From positions 10,664,001 to 10,728,000 of the forward strand of contig JBHGNT010000015.1 of NCBI GenBank assembly GCA_043228905.1: a stretch of 64,000 nt of DNA, given 5' to 3'. A program made the translations under genes and the position numbers. Origin of the DNA: Azolla caroliniana (taxonomy: Eukaryota; Plantae; Polypodiophyta). Below the pieces are notes generated by a model. That model ran no database searches, was not told where the DNA came from, and saw only the letters and a list, made by a program, of their open reading frames with translations. This document shows positions 24,826 through 35,520 of this stretch, one piece after another. Numbering within the stretch: the stretch's first letter is position 1; every line of letters starts with the position of its first letter.

Positions 24826-27800
24826 GAGTTCTCTTGAAGCCCCGATTTGCTTCTTATAGGCTGCACCCTAACATGCCTCCCCATGTGGGATATACGTATA
24901 ATCATCTCAACATTTAAGCAAACTTTGGTCCTCTCATTGCATCGAAACCACCTTAGCCAATCCTAGGGACCACATTTGACACTTGTTGTTTTGGTTGTAG
25001 CCACCTTATTATCCATCCCTATACCAAGTCGGGATATACATACTCTCCCATCGCCAGGTGCACCTTATAGGTGCGATTCGTTATTGGTGGTTATAAGCCC
25101 CCATATCTGAACCAAACGAACGTTCACGAAATCGTGTGAGCTTCCCGAATCGAACGAGAGTTGTAATGGAGATCCACCCGTTTGCACGTAGTAAATCATT
25201 AGGCCCCACTGCATGTCGAGGGAAAGAGCATTTACAATTACTTGAACGACCGACGCGCATAAACCTCAAGGAAATATGTTCCGCATCGTTGCAGCTAGGT
25301 AGCTACGTTCTCGCGTTACCCAACCTCAAGTCTCGTCATGACAACGGCACACACTAACGAGCAACCTAATGGCCACGCCGACACGCGCCCTCTTCTCCGC
25401 ATTGAAGCTAGTGTGGCCCGTCACATGGTTATTTCATGACCAATGCGTTTCACAATGATGGTCTCGTGACGCCCCCCTAATCAAGTAACGAACCGGGGAG
25501 ACTCGATGCGGGATTCGTAAGGGCGGCCCAATGAGAAGTTGGTCTAACCCTAATTCCCCTTAAATGGATGGGGAATGGGCGCGCGCCCATTTCTAAGGCA
25601 ACATACACACCGTGGCCATGCTTTGCGAAATTTTTACATATGGCACAATCGGGGCGACCGAGGGTAGTAGCACTAATTTCGTTAAATAAGGATGGTCACC
25701 GCACCTTCCCCACAGAAATGCGAGGACGGGCACCGCGACCCTAAACCCCAAAACACACACCATCATACATAGGATACCGATATCGTATAACGAATTCCGA
25801 ACACGCACACTACATGTATGGGACATGTATAACATCGCATAGGCATACACGCGATCCCATCCACATGCGTACATAAACGGACCTTAAACAAAGACGCAAT
25901 CCAATGACGATGTAATCGAGACGCGTGATCAACGCCTTTGGCCTCTACGGACACTCGACGATCGGGGGAGTATATGAAACAGGAGGTCTGAGACATCGCA
26001 TCGGTGTCTCCCTTCATCGCAGGAGTCATAATAAGACAATCAACTAATATTCACGATTTTTGTATATATGCCTTGACACATGCCAGAAATACAAAATAGT
26101 GAAACAATGTTCTGCAACGAGAGGGAGTCTCGACCTTAAAACATGATAGATAACATTTAATCCAAATTACTTCCACATTCTTGAGAATGAAAGAAAAGAT
26201 ATCATTACCATGCACCAAACAGGAGTTTAGGAGTTTTCTCCTAGGGAATGTTGTAAAATAAACAAATCATAAAAGGACAACAAAGTTGAACACCACAGAT
26301 AGCTTCCAAGTATCTCAAATCTTCTTGGGAAATTTATCCTCACGTCTCAATTCAGCAATAGAATAAAACATTGATCACCCACATGTCACAAATACATTTT
26401 AGAGGTTCATATGTAACAGTTGCACATCGAATCAATGAAGACTATTAACCATGGCTATGACGTCAGCATAGACATAGTTACTTGGATCTAGTAACACTAT
26501 GTTTTAAGGCCTTAAACGCACCTTATGTTAACCCTCGAACATCACAAATTTAATTTTTGCTAGAAAACAATTTCAATATTCTCAATGCTATTAATCTTCT
26601 TACGGAAAAGTAAAATCAGAGTGCACAGCTTATCCTTCGTGAATGTGACAGTGCCATGACCGGGTTGAACATTTCTGGTGAACTTTTTCTTGGATATAAC
26701 AACACTCCTATAATCACTGCTTACAAGAGGAATTTGGTTCATTCGATATCCCAGCTGTTATGAAAACGTAATAGATACAAAGGTAAAAACAGAGTATCTG
26801 GTTGAGCCATGAAAGATATGGGCTGATTCCTACCTTATTTGATAGAACCAAAATTAGCACGCTACGCAAATTAAGGGTATGAAGAATTCGGTAGACATAA
26901 TTAATAAACATAGATCCAGTCAGGATGCAGTTCACCATACAGCTTTCTCACCGTTCTGTAGAACCCAATTCAACCTTCAAACAAACGACATCTTAGTAAG
27001 AGAAGGGCTGGTTATAACGGGTCCGAATCATATGATTTATGCATCTGATTTACTTGCTGTGTTCTACATTCTCCCGTAACACAGCTCGGCCAGACGCAGG
27101 TTCGCAGACAAGCAAGCACCTGAACAAAAATGAAAGAAACCATACAAACAAAACTTGAGAAGAAATGTCTGTGGCGTTTCCCGATCAAATGGACACGTAT
27201 ATACGTCCACCGACCAAAATGACCACATCTGCATTTAGCGCCAATGCCATTATAATCAAACAGAACACGAGAGAATAGAAAAGCTCTGGATATTGGTAAA
27301 TGGCGCTATGACAAGCCCATCTAACTCCCCACATAAATCAGAAGAAAAGTGACAGAATGTAGCGATGGCATGCATGTAATCCGCGTTGCCGCTCAGACAG
27401 CCAAGGGTTGTGTCTACAAATTTGGATAGCCAAATTCAGAAACTCTAGTCCGATATATTACTTAGCTTCATCACTGCAGCAGAAAAGGGAGCAGATACAA
27501 ACCATCGGCCAAGAAATTCAGATGTGGGTAGCTACCATCTCTCCAGTGTATTTATACTGTGAAACCCTAGCTCGCATTACAACCACCGGTTGGGCGAAGC
27601 ATACCATATTTGTGCGAAACTATACATATAGCCCATACACTCTTTCAAGCATATATGTACATACATTATACATATGTGTATGTATTGACGCCCATGCAAG
27701 ACCTTTCAAATTACCTCATTGGTCATATCTATCCATCCAATGGAGATTTAGTACAACAAGCAAGACTTTGTATATGTCCTCTATCCCATATTAAGTATAG

Positions 27801-29049
27801 GTATTAATTCATTAGTGGGTAGGACGCCATTTTGTTGAAACTTGAAGGGTATTTTGGGAAGTTGAAGTGTTTAAGGGAATTGTAGAAGTGTGGGTTTTAA
27901 TGGGAATAGTAGTTGGGAAACAGTGAAAGGGAAAAAAATAAAGTGCGAACAGGAAAAGCGATTGACATGGCAAATTTTTGATGTGGCAGGCAATGTTAGC
28001 CAACGTGTCACCTATTGGTGTTGATGGTGAATAACAGCAAAGGTCGAAATGTCAATGGTGATAACAAAGGGCAACAAGTAGCACCAACAATGGTGGTGGG
28101 GCCAGTCATGCGGTAGCAACAGTTGTAGGTGTTAAGATGGCGGTGATAGGCGAAGACGAAAAAGGAACCTCTATAGAACTTTGTTTGTTTTCCACCTCAT
28201 CAAGTCGCTTCCTGTGGATGGGACATCAACTCTAATCGACGTAGTAGGTTTCACTCCCGCCATTTGAAAATTACATGTAAACTCATAAATCATCACTCAT
28301 TGATTGAAATCGAGATCCAAAAATTCTATCAAGACCCTTGTGGTAAGATCTTTGTTTTGGTTTGTGAGTTTTTTTGTGCAATAATTCGGAATTTTGCTTC
28401 CAAATCATGTAATTTCATGTCCCAAGCTTGAATTTGTGAACTGGAAAATCTATCACAGTCCTTATTCAATTACAAATACCTCTAGATAATAGGCTTACCA
28501 AAAGTTAATTTTATATAAATATCAAAAGGGCAGAGTACATCAAAGGCTTTTAAGATCGATTTAGATACAAACAAGATAACTCAACTTCAGGTTACATGGA
28601 GTGACTTGTTGGCAAATAGCTTAGGAAGATAGTGATAATATAGGCTTAAGCAAAGCCTTAGGAGGAGACTCTTGAGTTCTTGTTCAACGTATTGGTGAGA
28701 CGGCATCATTGTTTTTTGTCGTGGGTTGTCTTGAATGTCTTCTTGGTTCTTAGTCCCAAGCTCTTCTAGAAATTTGGCAAGGCGTCCATTTTATAGGCCT
28801 CAAGAATTCCTCATGCAAATAAAAATAGTATATCTCTTTTCAGCATGCATCTCATTTTGTACTTTCGCATGCGCGGTGCACTGTCACTTATCTCTCACAA
28901 GTATAGTGGTTAATTTACCTCCTTTCATGGATGGCATACGAGTAAGTTTGTTTCAAATTCTATGGCGGCTGAGTGGGCATCCCTTAGGGGGCTTCCTTCT
29001 TGTTCGTGAACCTTTCACGTGTAGATGTGAATTTTGTCAGTCTTACTAT

Positions 29050-29400
29050 TTTTCCTCATGGAGATTGTGACATCGCCAAAGTCCATGACCAACCCACCTA
29101 CTCAAAGGAAGCAGTTCCAAGTAGAATTCATATGCTACTTGATTTGTGGGTCTTGTTATGATGGAGGTGAGGGAAAACTTGTTTCCCTATACACCATGCA
29201 ATCAGGTCGTTGGATTGACCTGTCAAGCATTTCTAATTTAACATCGCTAGAGTATCTTTGGGTTACCCAACTTCCGCAAACAATTGTAGCTTATTATACT
29301 GAGCTTTGCACTAATTTCGATTATGGCGAACATTGTGAAGTTATTTATGTAGGTGGGTAGGGTGAGACTCGTGTCATCACTTTGAATTGGGCTCCAATCA
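29050..29400 (-). pseudogene. Heavily decayed retrotransposon aspartic-protease-like remnant
   Basis: Minus strand reads ...FAIIEISAKLSIISYNCLRKLGNPKIL...KLEMLDRSIQRP across frameshifts, resembling the Gypsy protease pattern DxGAxxxIISxxxxxKLG; the catalytic motif is lost. Confidence 0.35.
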
Positions 29401-29545
29401 TATCATTTGGCAACCTTCATCGTGTTAGTTGTTGATGACTCTACACGTAGAGGAGTTGTGAGGACTTGTTTTGCGTACCCGACCAAAAGCTTGTCATTAA
29501 ATCTTCTGATTGCATCATGCCAAGATTTCACATTTTAGTTTAACA

Positions 29546-29906
29546 TGTAAAGAATTGAGTGAGTGATGTTATGCAGCTGAATATTTTGGAGATGTGTGTG
29601 TGAGAGAGGAGAGAGGAGAGACACAAGATAGATGAGAAAAATAGAATACTCATTATGTATATCAACAAGGAGTAGAGAATAGCAAGTACAAAGGTAATAA
29701 CATTACAAGGGAGATTAACCAACGGTTACAAAGTAGGAGGATGGTGCTTTATATGGGGTCACCCTCTCTCTTCATTAACTCACTAAAACGCCCACTCTCT
29801 CTTGGGGAATGTGGCGACTCATTAGTCATGGGGAATATGGAACTCACTAGTTATGTGGCATAGAATATTGGGGTGTCCCTTTCATGCAAGAGCATGCCTT
29901 TTAACA
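29546..29906 (-). mobile_element. Isolated LTR (probably Copia-type 3' or solo LTR)
   Basis: Minus strand TGTTAAAAGG...CTTTACA termini, internal TATA (CATATAAAG) and CT-rich tract, preceded by a purine-rich AAAAGGGTGGTG. Confidence 0.55.
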
Positions 29907-30029
29907 CACCACCCTTTTAACACACCCTTTTAGCACGCATGTAGCTAGGCCAACCCAAAATGGGTACCTTTGTATCTTCTATAAATTGAACGATAAGTAA
30001 GAAGCCAAGCAAGCTGGTTTGGATTCCTT

Positions 30030-32520
30030 TTATGTGCATTTCACATAATTGGTGGAGAAGCGGGGTACAATTTTTGCCACTACCACCTCGTTCATGGCAT
30101 CCCAATTCCCTTTCGTTACCTTCGAAGCCGATACCCATATGCAGCCTGAGTTCCCACAACCTCATGAATGGCCATCCCCTTTCCAAATGGAGCAGCACCT
30201 GCAAGTCCTCTCCAACGCCATGCTTCAAATTAGCGACACGAATCAAGCTATGCTCTCCTTTCTCTCCACGAACAACGACCGCGTTGAAGATCGGCCCAAA
30301 GTTCTTCTCCGGCTTGCCTTTAGAGGATGTCTTGGCCTGGTTGGATCACTTTGAGATGATCTCCAGTTACCATTGATGGTTTGACGAGCGCAAAGCTTTG
30401 GAAGTTCGTACCCTGCTCAAAAATGTCGCCGCCACCTGGTATGTACAACAATAAAGCGAAGTGACAAAGAACTGGGTGATCCTCCGGGATCTCCTCGTGC
30501 AAAACTTCGCCCATCAAAATTCAGCCCAAACGGCGTTGCAACAACTCAAAATGTTGCAATAACAAGCACACAAACCCGTGGGCCAATTTGGTGTTCGCCT
30601 CAATCAACTCCTCGTTCACACCGACCCTACCATGCCCGAGCATGTGAAGCTTTTCTTCTTATGGCCCCGTTTGCGCCATGACATCACTCGTCGCGCTCGA
30701 GACTAGGGTCCCAAGACATTCAACGATGCCATCCTCATTGCCCAACGCATCAAAGCTTGTACGTTATCCGACTCCCAACCATGTTGGTCCCATCCTTCAT
30801 CGACCGACCTGCGAGCCCAGTACCAGGGAGCGGCCCCCATGGGACATCGATGTCCAAAACGTGCAACTGCAAGCTCGCCGTGACCTTCCCAATCACGATG
30901 GCCAAGGGCGCCCGAAGTGTTTCTACTGCAACAATTATGGACATGTCCGACGTTAGTGCTGGAAATTGCAACAATAGTCTCACAAGCAACAAGTCCAAAT
31001 AACCATGGCTGACGCAACATCGTTGGCTGAGCTTTCGGGAAACTAACTTTCGGGGTACTGATGGAAGAACCAGGCCCCCACATCCAAGTGGCCGCCTCTT
31101 CCAGTTCGAAGGTACGCACCGCTCTCGCTACCATCAATCGCTCCACCCACACCATCTTGTTAGAATCTGGTAGTAGTATCTCTTCCATTAGCACCGCCTT
31201 ACTTCACTAGTTAGGCCTCCCCACATCCACTGCTCCTTCCATCCAAGTCATTTTTGGCGATCACCAACATCTATACCACTCTCGCACCCAAGCCCACTAC
31301 ACCTTCACCTTAGGCACTCTCACCTTCTCACACCACCTTTATGTCTTTCCCCACAAACTCTTCCCCCCACCTTAGGTTGTGATTGGTTCCGCAAGCGTCG
31401 CACTGTGATTGATTTCGATGCCCACAAACTTCTTGTCCCACATGCTCCCCCTATTCCCCTCCTACACGATAGCTCCCTTGTCCCCCACCTTAGCCAAATC
31501 CAGGTGGCCCTCAGTCCATAGGAGCGATTGGTCTCCATTTGCCAATTTTTAGCTCGTTTTCTGTCACTAGCCCTCCAACCCATGCATGCTCCTACTGCCT
31601 CTTTCCCGATACAACATGCCATTCGTACCGGGGAAGCCACTCCGATCCACATGGCTACCCAACAACGTTCCCCCCTCGACCACGATCGCATCGATGCTGT
31701 CGTCACCGACATGCTCGCCAAAGGTATTATCATTCCTTCCACCAGTGATTGGGTTTCGGAACCCCACCTCATCAAGAAGGATGATGGCACATTCCACTTT
31801 TGCATCGACTTCAGGCCTCTCAACAAAGTGACTATCCATGACCTCTACCCGCTCCCTCGCGTGGACGACCTCTTGGATCAGCTTGATGGCTCCCGTTATT
31901 TCACCTCCCTTGACTTAGCCTCAGGATATTGGCAAATCCCCCTAAAGCCTTCTAACACCCACCTCCTCTTTATCTTGATGACATCCTTATCCACACGACC
32001 ACTTCGGATGACCATCTACAAACTCTCGTTGAAGTCCTCTCTTCCATAACTAAGCATAACTTGCAACTCCAATGGAAGAAGTGTCGATGGGGAAGCACCA
32101 ACCTCTATTTTCTTAGCTTCATCACCTTTGGCGACGGAATCCGTATGGACCCTGCAAAGGTAGCTGCCATCATCGACTACCCCCGCCCCACCTCAATAAA
32201 ATCATTGCAACTTTTTTTGGGCATGATCTCCTTTTCCCTTCGCTTCATCCCAAACCTCACCTTGGTTACTCTTCCCCTTTGCCAATTCTTGAAGAAAGGT
32301 GTGTCATTCATTTGGGATCGTGCTTGCGAAGATAACTTTCGTTGCCTCAAAACCACGGTCCAAGAATCAAGGTTGCTCGCCCATCCTAACTTTGACCAGT
32401 CGTTCACGTTGCAAACAGACACATCAAACCATGGGTTAGGAGTTGTCCTCCTGCAAGTTGATTGCCAGGGGCAAGAAAAGGCGATCGCCTTCATTAGACG
32501 CACTCTCCGCACTCTCACGG
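30030..32520 (+). mobile_element. Decayed Ty3/Gypsy gag-pol (gag, Zn knuckle, protease, RT, RNase H)
   Basis: PKFFSG...AWLDHFE (gag); CFYCNNYGH; LLESGSSIS; FCIDFRPLNKVTIHDLYPLPRVDDLLDQL..FTSLDLASGYWQI; YLDD in another frame after an internal deletion; FTLQTDTSNHGLGVVLLQ. Multiple stops and frameshifts. Confidence 0.92.
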
Positions 32521-34899
32521 TATGCCTTCATTGTTGTCACTCATTTTCTTTGAATGATGTGGTTTCTATAATTATAAATTTTGTAAGAAGAAACCCATTA
32601 TCCTAAAATCAATTAATATTTGTAAAACATACATACCCATTCTCTAAACACGATAAAGAATTCTTCAAGAGCCTTGTACGATGATGTTTTTGGGCACGAT
32701 TGCTCCACTTCTTCCCACGTAGGCAGGGACAACTTTTTCATCATCAACTCTTGTATCTTCATATAAACCTTATGGCTAAAAAACAAAACTTAGAAACTAA
32801 GATTAGAATAAAGACCAAAACAACAAATCAATCCAATTAAAATGATACATGCACATAGATTACTCACTTTTGAAACTCTGTCACCATTTCGTCAAGGCTG
32901 AACTCCTTGGCGGACACTCTTGATAATACAGATATTAATAATCTGTCATCTTTAATTCCTTGTAGTGACCGACAAGGAAGCAGCTTCATATCTTCGGCTA
33001 ACTCTTCAATTACTGAGTCACTTTTACGTGACTTAGTTTTTATCTCCACCTGCGGGTCGAGCTTAGCATTCTTTGATCTTTGACCTATTTCTTTCTTTCT
33101 GCTCCCACATACTAAAAATGCGATCTTGGAAGTCCCACACCTCCCTTGTTCTAAACGCAAGTTGAAACCATGAGTCATATTTTCTCAGGCCTTCAGAATT
33201 GGTGCTTTCGTCAACTGTTATCCTCACTTCAAGCAGACATTGTCATCGCAATCCTGGATGCAGCCGAGGACCAAATTTTTGCAACGCATCAAGCAAGGTA
33301 CTCGTGATGGAAGAACCTGATGCGCTTGATACATGACATTATTGTTGTTATGATCCTAAGCTAACAACTTGGCTTCTTCATGTGTAAGGCCAACATACAC
33401 TTTACATTCTGCATACTTGAAGAATGGGGTAAGAGGATACTCCTTCACAAGTTGATGTCGAGCTTCAGTAGAGTGGGATTCTCCAATCACATAGTATGTG
33501 TAGTCGTCAGCCGAACTATACTTAAAGTCAATAGCAGTTGGGCACTGATCAGAGTCTACCATTACAAAGAATGACACTACACTGGCATGTGGATTTATCT
33601 TCATTTTGCCTTTTAAGTTTTGCACATGCATTGAATGTGGCTCTCTTATTTTTAGAGCCCGTCTTCCTGTTTCAGGATCAATGGGTGGCCTCTGAATAGA
33701 GGAGACCGGCAAGTGAAGTAGTTGTCCTTTACGAACAAGCTTTGTCTTTACAATGTTTTCTCTGATCCGATTCTGCTCTGAGGTGAGTATTCCCGAAGCA
33801 ATGTGCCCCCCTGGAGGAATAACTTCGAGCTCGGTATCTTCCTCCTCATCTTCCACGAACTCGAGTACCTCGAGCTCGTTGTCCTCAGGTTGTTGCCTTT
33901 TCTTGTACTTCTTATGTTCCTGTTTTGATTTATTGGCAAACTTTGGTGGTGTGGTAGCTTGTGAGACCATCAGCTCTCCCTTAATAAAAGGGCGCAAAGC
34001 AACAATCAAATTATTTTTAATCTGAACATCTTTTTTCAAAGCTTTCGGGTGGCACGAGTCAGTTACGAAATTTTGTTCATCTATCCTGACTTTGTGCATC
34101 CCCATCGAGCTATTAACATCGAACAAAAGGTTCGATGAGTCGTTATCTTCGTATTCGATGTTCTTTACATGGCCGTAGGTGAATGTCTTCCCCACCTACA
34201 ACTTACCCTCACCTTTAGATTTCGCAAAAATAAGGAGCAAATCTCCTTCGTCTTGGTTATAGATTAGTGTCCACTTCAGACGAGGCTCCCCAGTACTCTT
34301 TTCTCCTAAAGTGTGTGAAGTCCCATCCCCTCACTACTCAACAAATGTTTTCCATGAGTCAGGCTTAGGCATGGTGTCAGAAGTTTTCTTTGTTGGGGAG
34401 GGAATCTTCAATTTGAAGGATGGGACCTTTTGTCGTGATTCACTGAAAACCACAGGCAATAACACAATGATATATCGATAATCTTAAAAATCCACAACGT
34501 AAACCAGAAAACTAAGGTAAAGTTCCGCAAAAGTAAGCGAAAATCACCTGTTTAGGGGTGTAATGTTACATAAAAAACATTGAGAAAAATGCCAAAAAAT
34601 AGCAAGAAAGTGACCAATTCTAGTATATTGATCATGAAAGTCCCACCTTTCAACGGGAACTCGATGCACTCGATTGAAAGCATCGAATTCTGGACACAGA
34701 AATTAACAAACATAGAAAGGAATCTTTTAGGAATCTTAGAAGAATCTAAAAATATAGTTTGGGAAACATACCTGGCAATCTTCTTTCCCTTGTTCATGTT
34801 GCTAACGTTGGTGTCGACTTGTCTGGGGAGGCGAAAACTGGAAGTCTTGGTTGCTCTGTGCTCATGTGCTCTTCTGTTGCTTGAATGCGATAATGACAA
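32520..34899 (-). pseudogene. Intron-containing, disrupted gene with a ParB/sulfiredoxin-like domain (probable DNA-transposon accessory gene)
   Basis: ORF 33356-34195 has IREPHSMHVQNLKGKMKINP...YYVIGESHSTEAR, like the ParB-N GxxH/R motif. Coding-like sequence continues past a stop (IRFFHHEY...WFQLAFRTGEVWD). A GTGAGT...TTTTTTAG intron lies at 32776-32867 and a GTATGT donor at 34771. Confidence 0.5.
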
Positions 34900-35034
34900 T
34901 GAGAAGATGACTTTCCCTCATATAGTTTTGTTTTTTATTTTTATTTTAAATAAATGCTTTTGGACATGGTTCTTATTATAGAGCTAAACTTGAGCCTATT
35001 TTGGACTCCCGTGATCTTAGCCCCCTTACTCAAA

Positions 35035-35520
35035 ATGTCCTCAAACTCGATTAAAAATTCTTTGTTTTCTATTGAGTCTTTTAAATTATCTGATAACTCG
35101 TTATTCTCAATCGAGGAATATAACCATGTTAATAATAAATATTGCCATATAGAGTCAAATGACAATCGAGAGCAAAGTTCGACGTCACTTTTTTCTATAG
35201 AGCCTTTAAACTTAGGTTAAATAAGCAATATTAAAGTAGATAAAAATCATGACGAGTCTAGTTTTTCGAATGTTGACAATGAATGTGTCAACAAGCCTCT
35301 AAATTTTCGAAGAGTTCCTCGACAAGTGAGGGTTAAACGATATAATTTTTTGTGTTGGGATTGGCAAATTGCAATTGATATATGCAAGGTATGTTGTGGG
35401 AGCCTTTGTCTATCAAAATTTGGAAAGACAAACTTGCGGGGGTTGCGACAAAAGTATTTGTCTATCAATGGCGACGAACAAGATACATTCTTGATTGGCA
35501 ATATGCAACTTGTTAAGGAC
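35035..35520 (+). pseudogene. Truncated N-terminus of a putative Sola-like DNA transposase
   Basis: CKVCCGSLCLSKF...LRQKYLSINGDEQDTFL resembles the Cys-rich N-terminal segment of Sola-type transposases. Three SLFSIE repeats upstream; in-frame stop at 35218-35220; cut off at ~35520. Confidence 0.4.

Larger units (their letters stand above)
1..25996. repeat. Tandem array of a 3,301-bp unit (~7.9 copies visible; starts before the window), each unit carrying one U1 and one U2 snRNA gene
   Basis: Identical sequence and ORF sets recur at offsets 0, 3301, 6602, 9903, 13203 (1-bp deletion near 10761), 16504, 19805 and 23106. Only a handful of SNVs were seen between units. Unit sequence stops at ~25996. 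Confidence 0.99.

Noticed and set aside
5-25874. Short ORFs (60-93 aa) recurring in each unit
   Set aside because: No recognisable domains, overlapping frames, some overlap the snRNAs, and unit variants break them freely.
1-25996. CRISPR array, rDNA/5S array or plasmid/phage concatemer
   Set aside because: No repeat-spacer structure, no rRNA or 5S motifs, no replication genes; the unit contains U1/U2 and joins TE-rich plant DNA.
26050-26950. Possible coding remnant right of the array
   Set aside because: AT-rich, with frequent stops in all frames and no recognisable motif.
27400-28700. ORF 27408-27794 and MULE/MITE-like termini
   Set aside because: No domain signal and I could not pair terminal inverted repeats or find a TSD.
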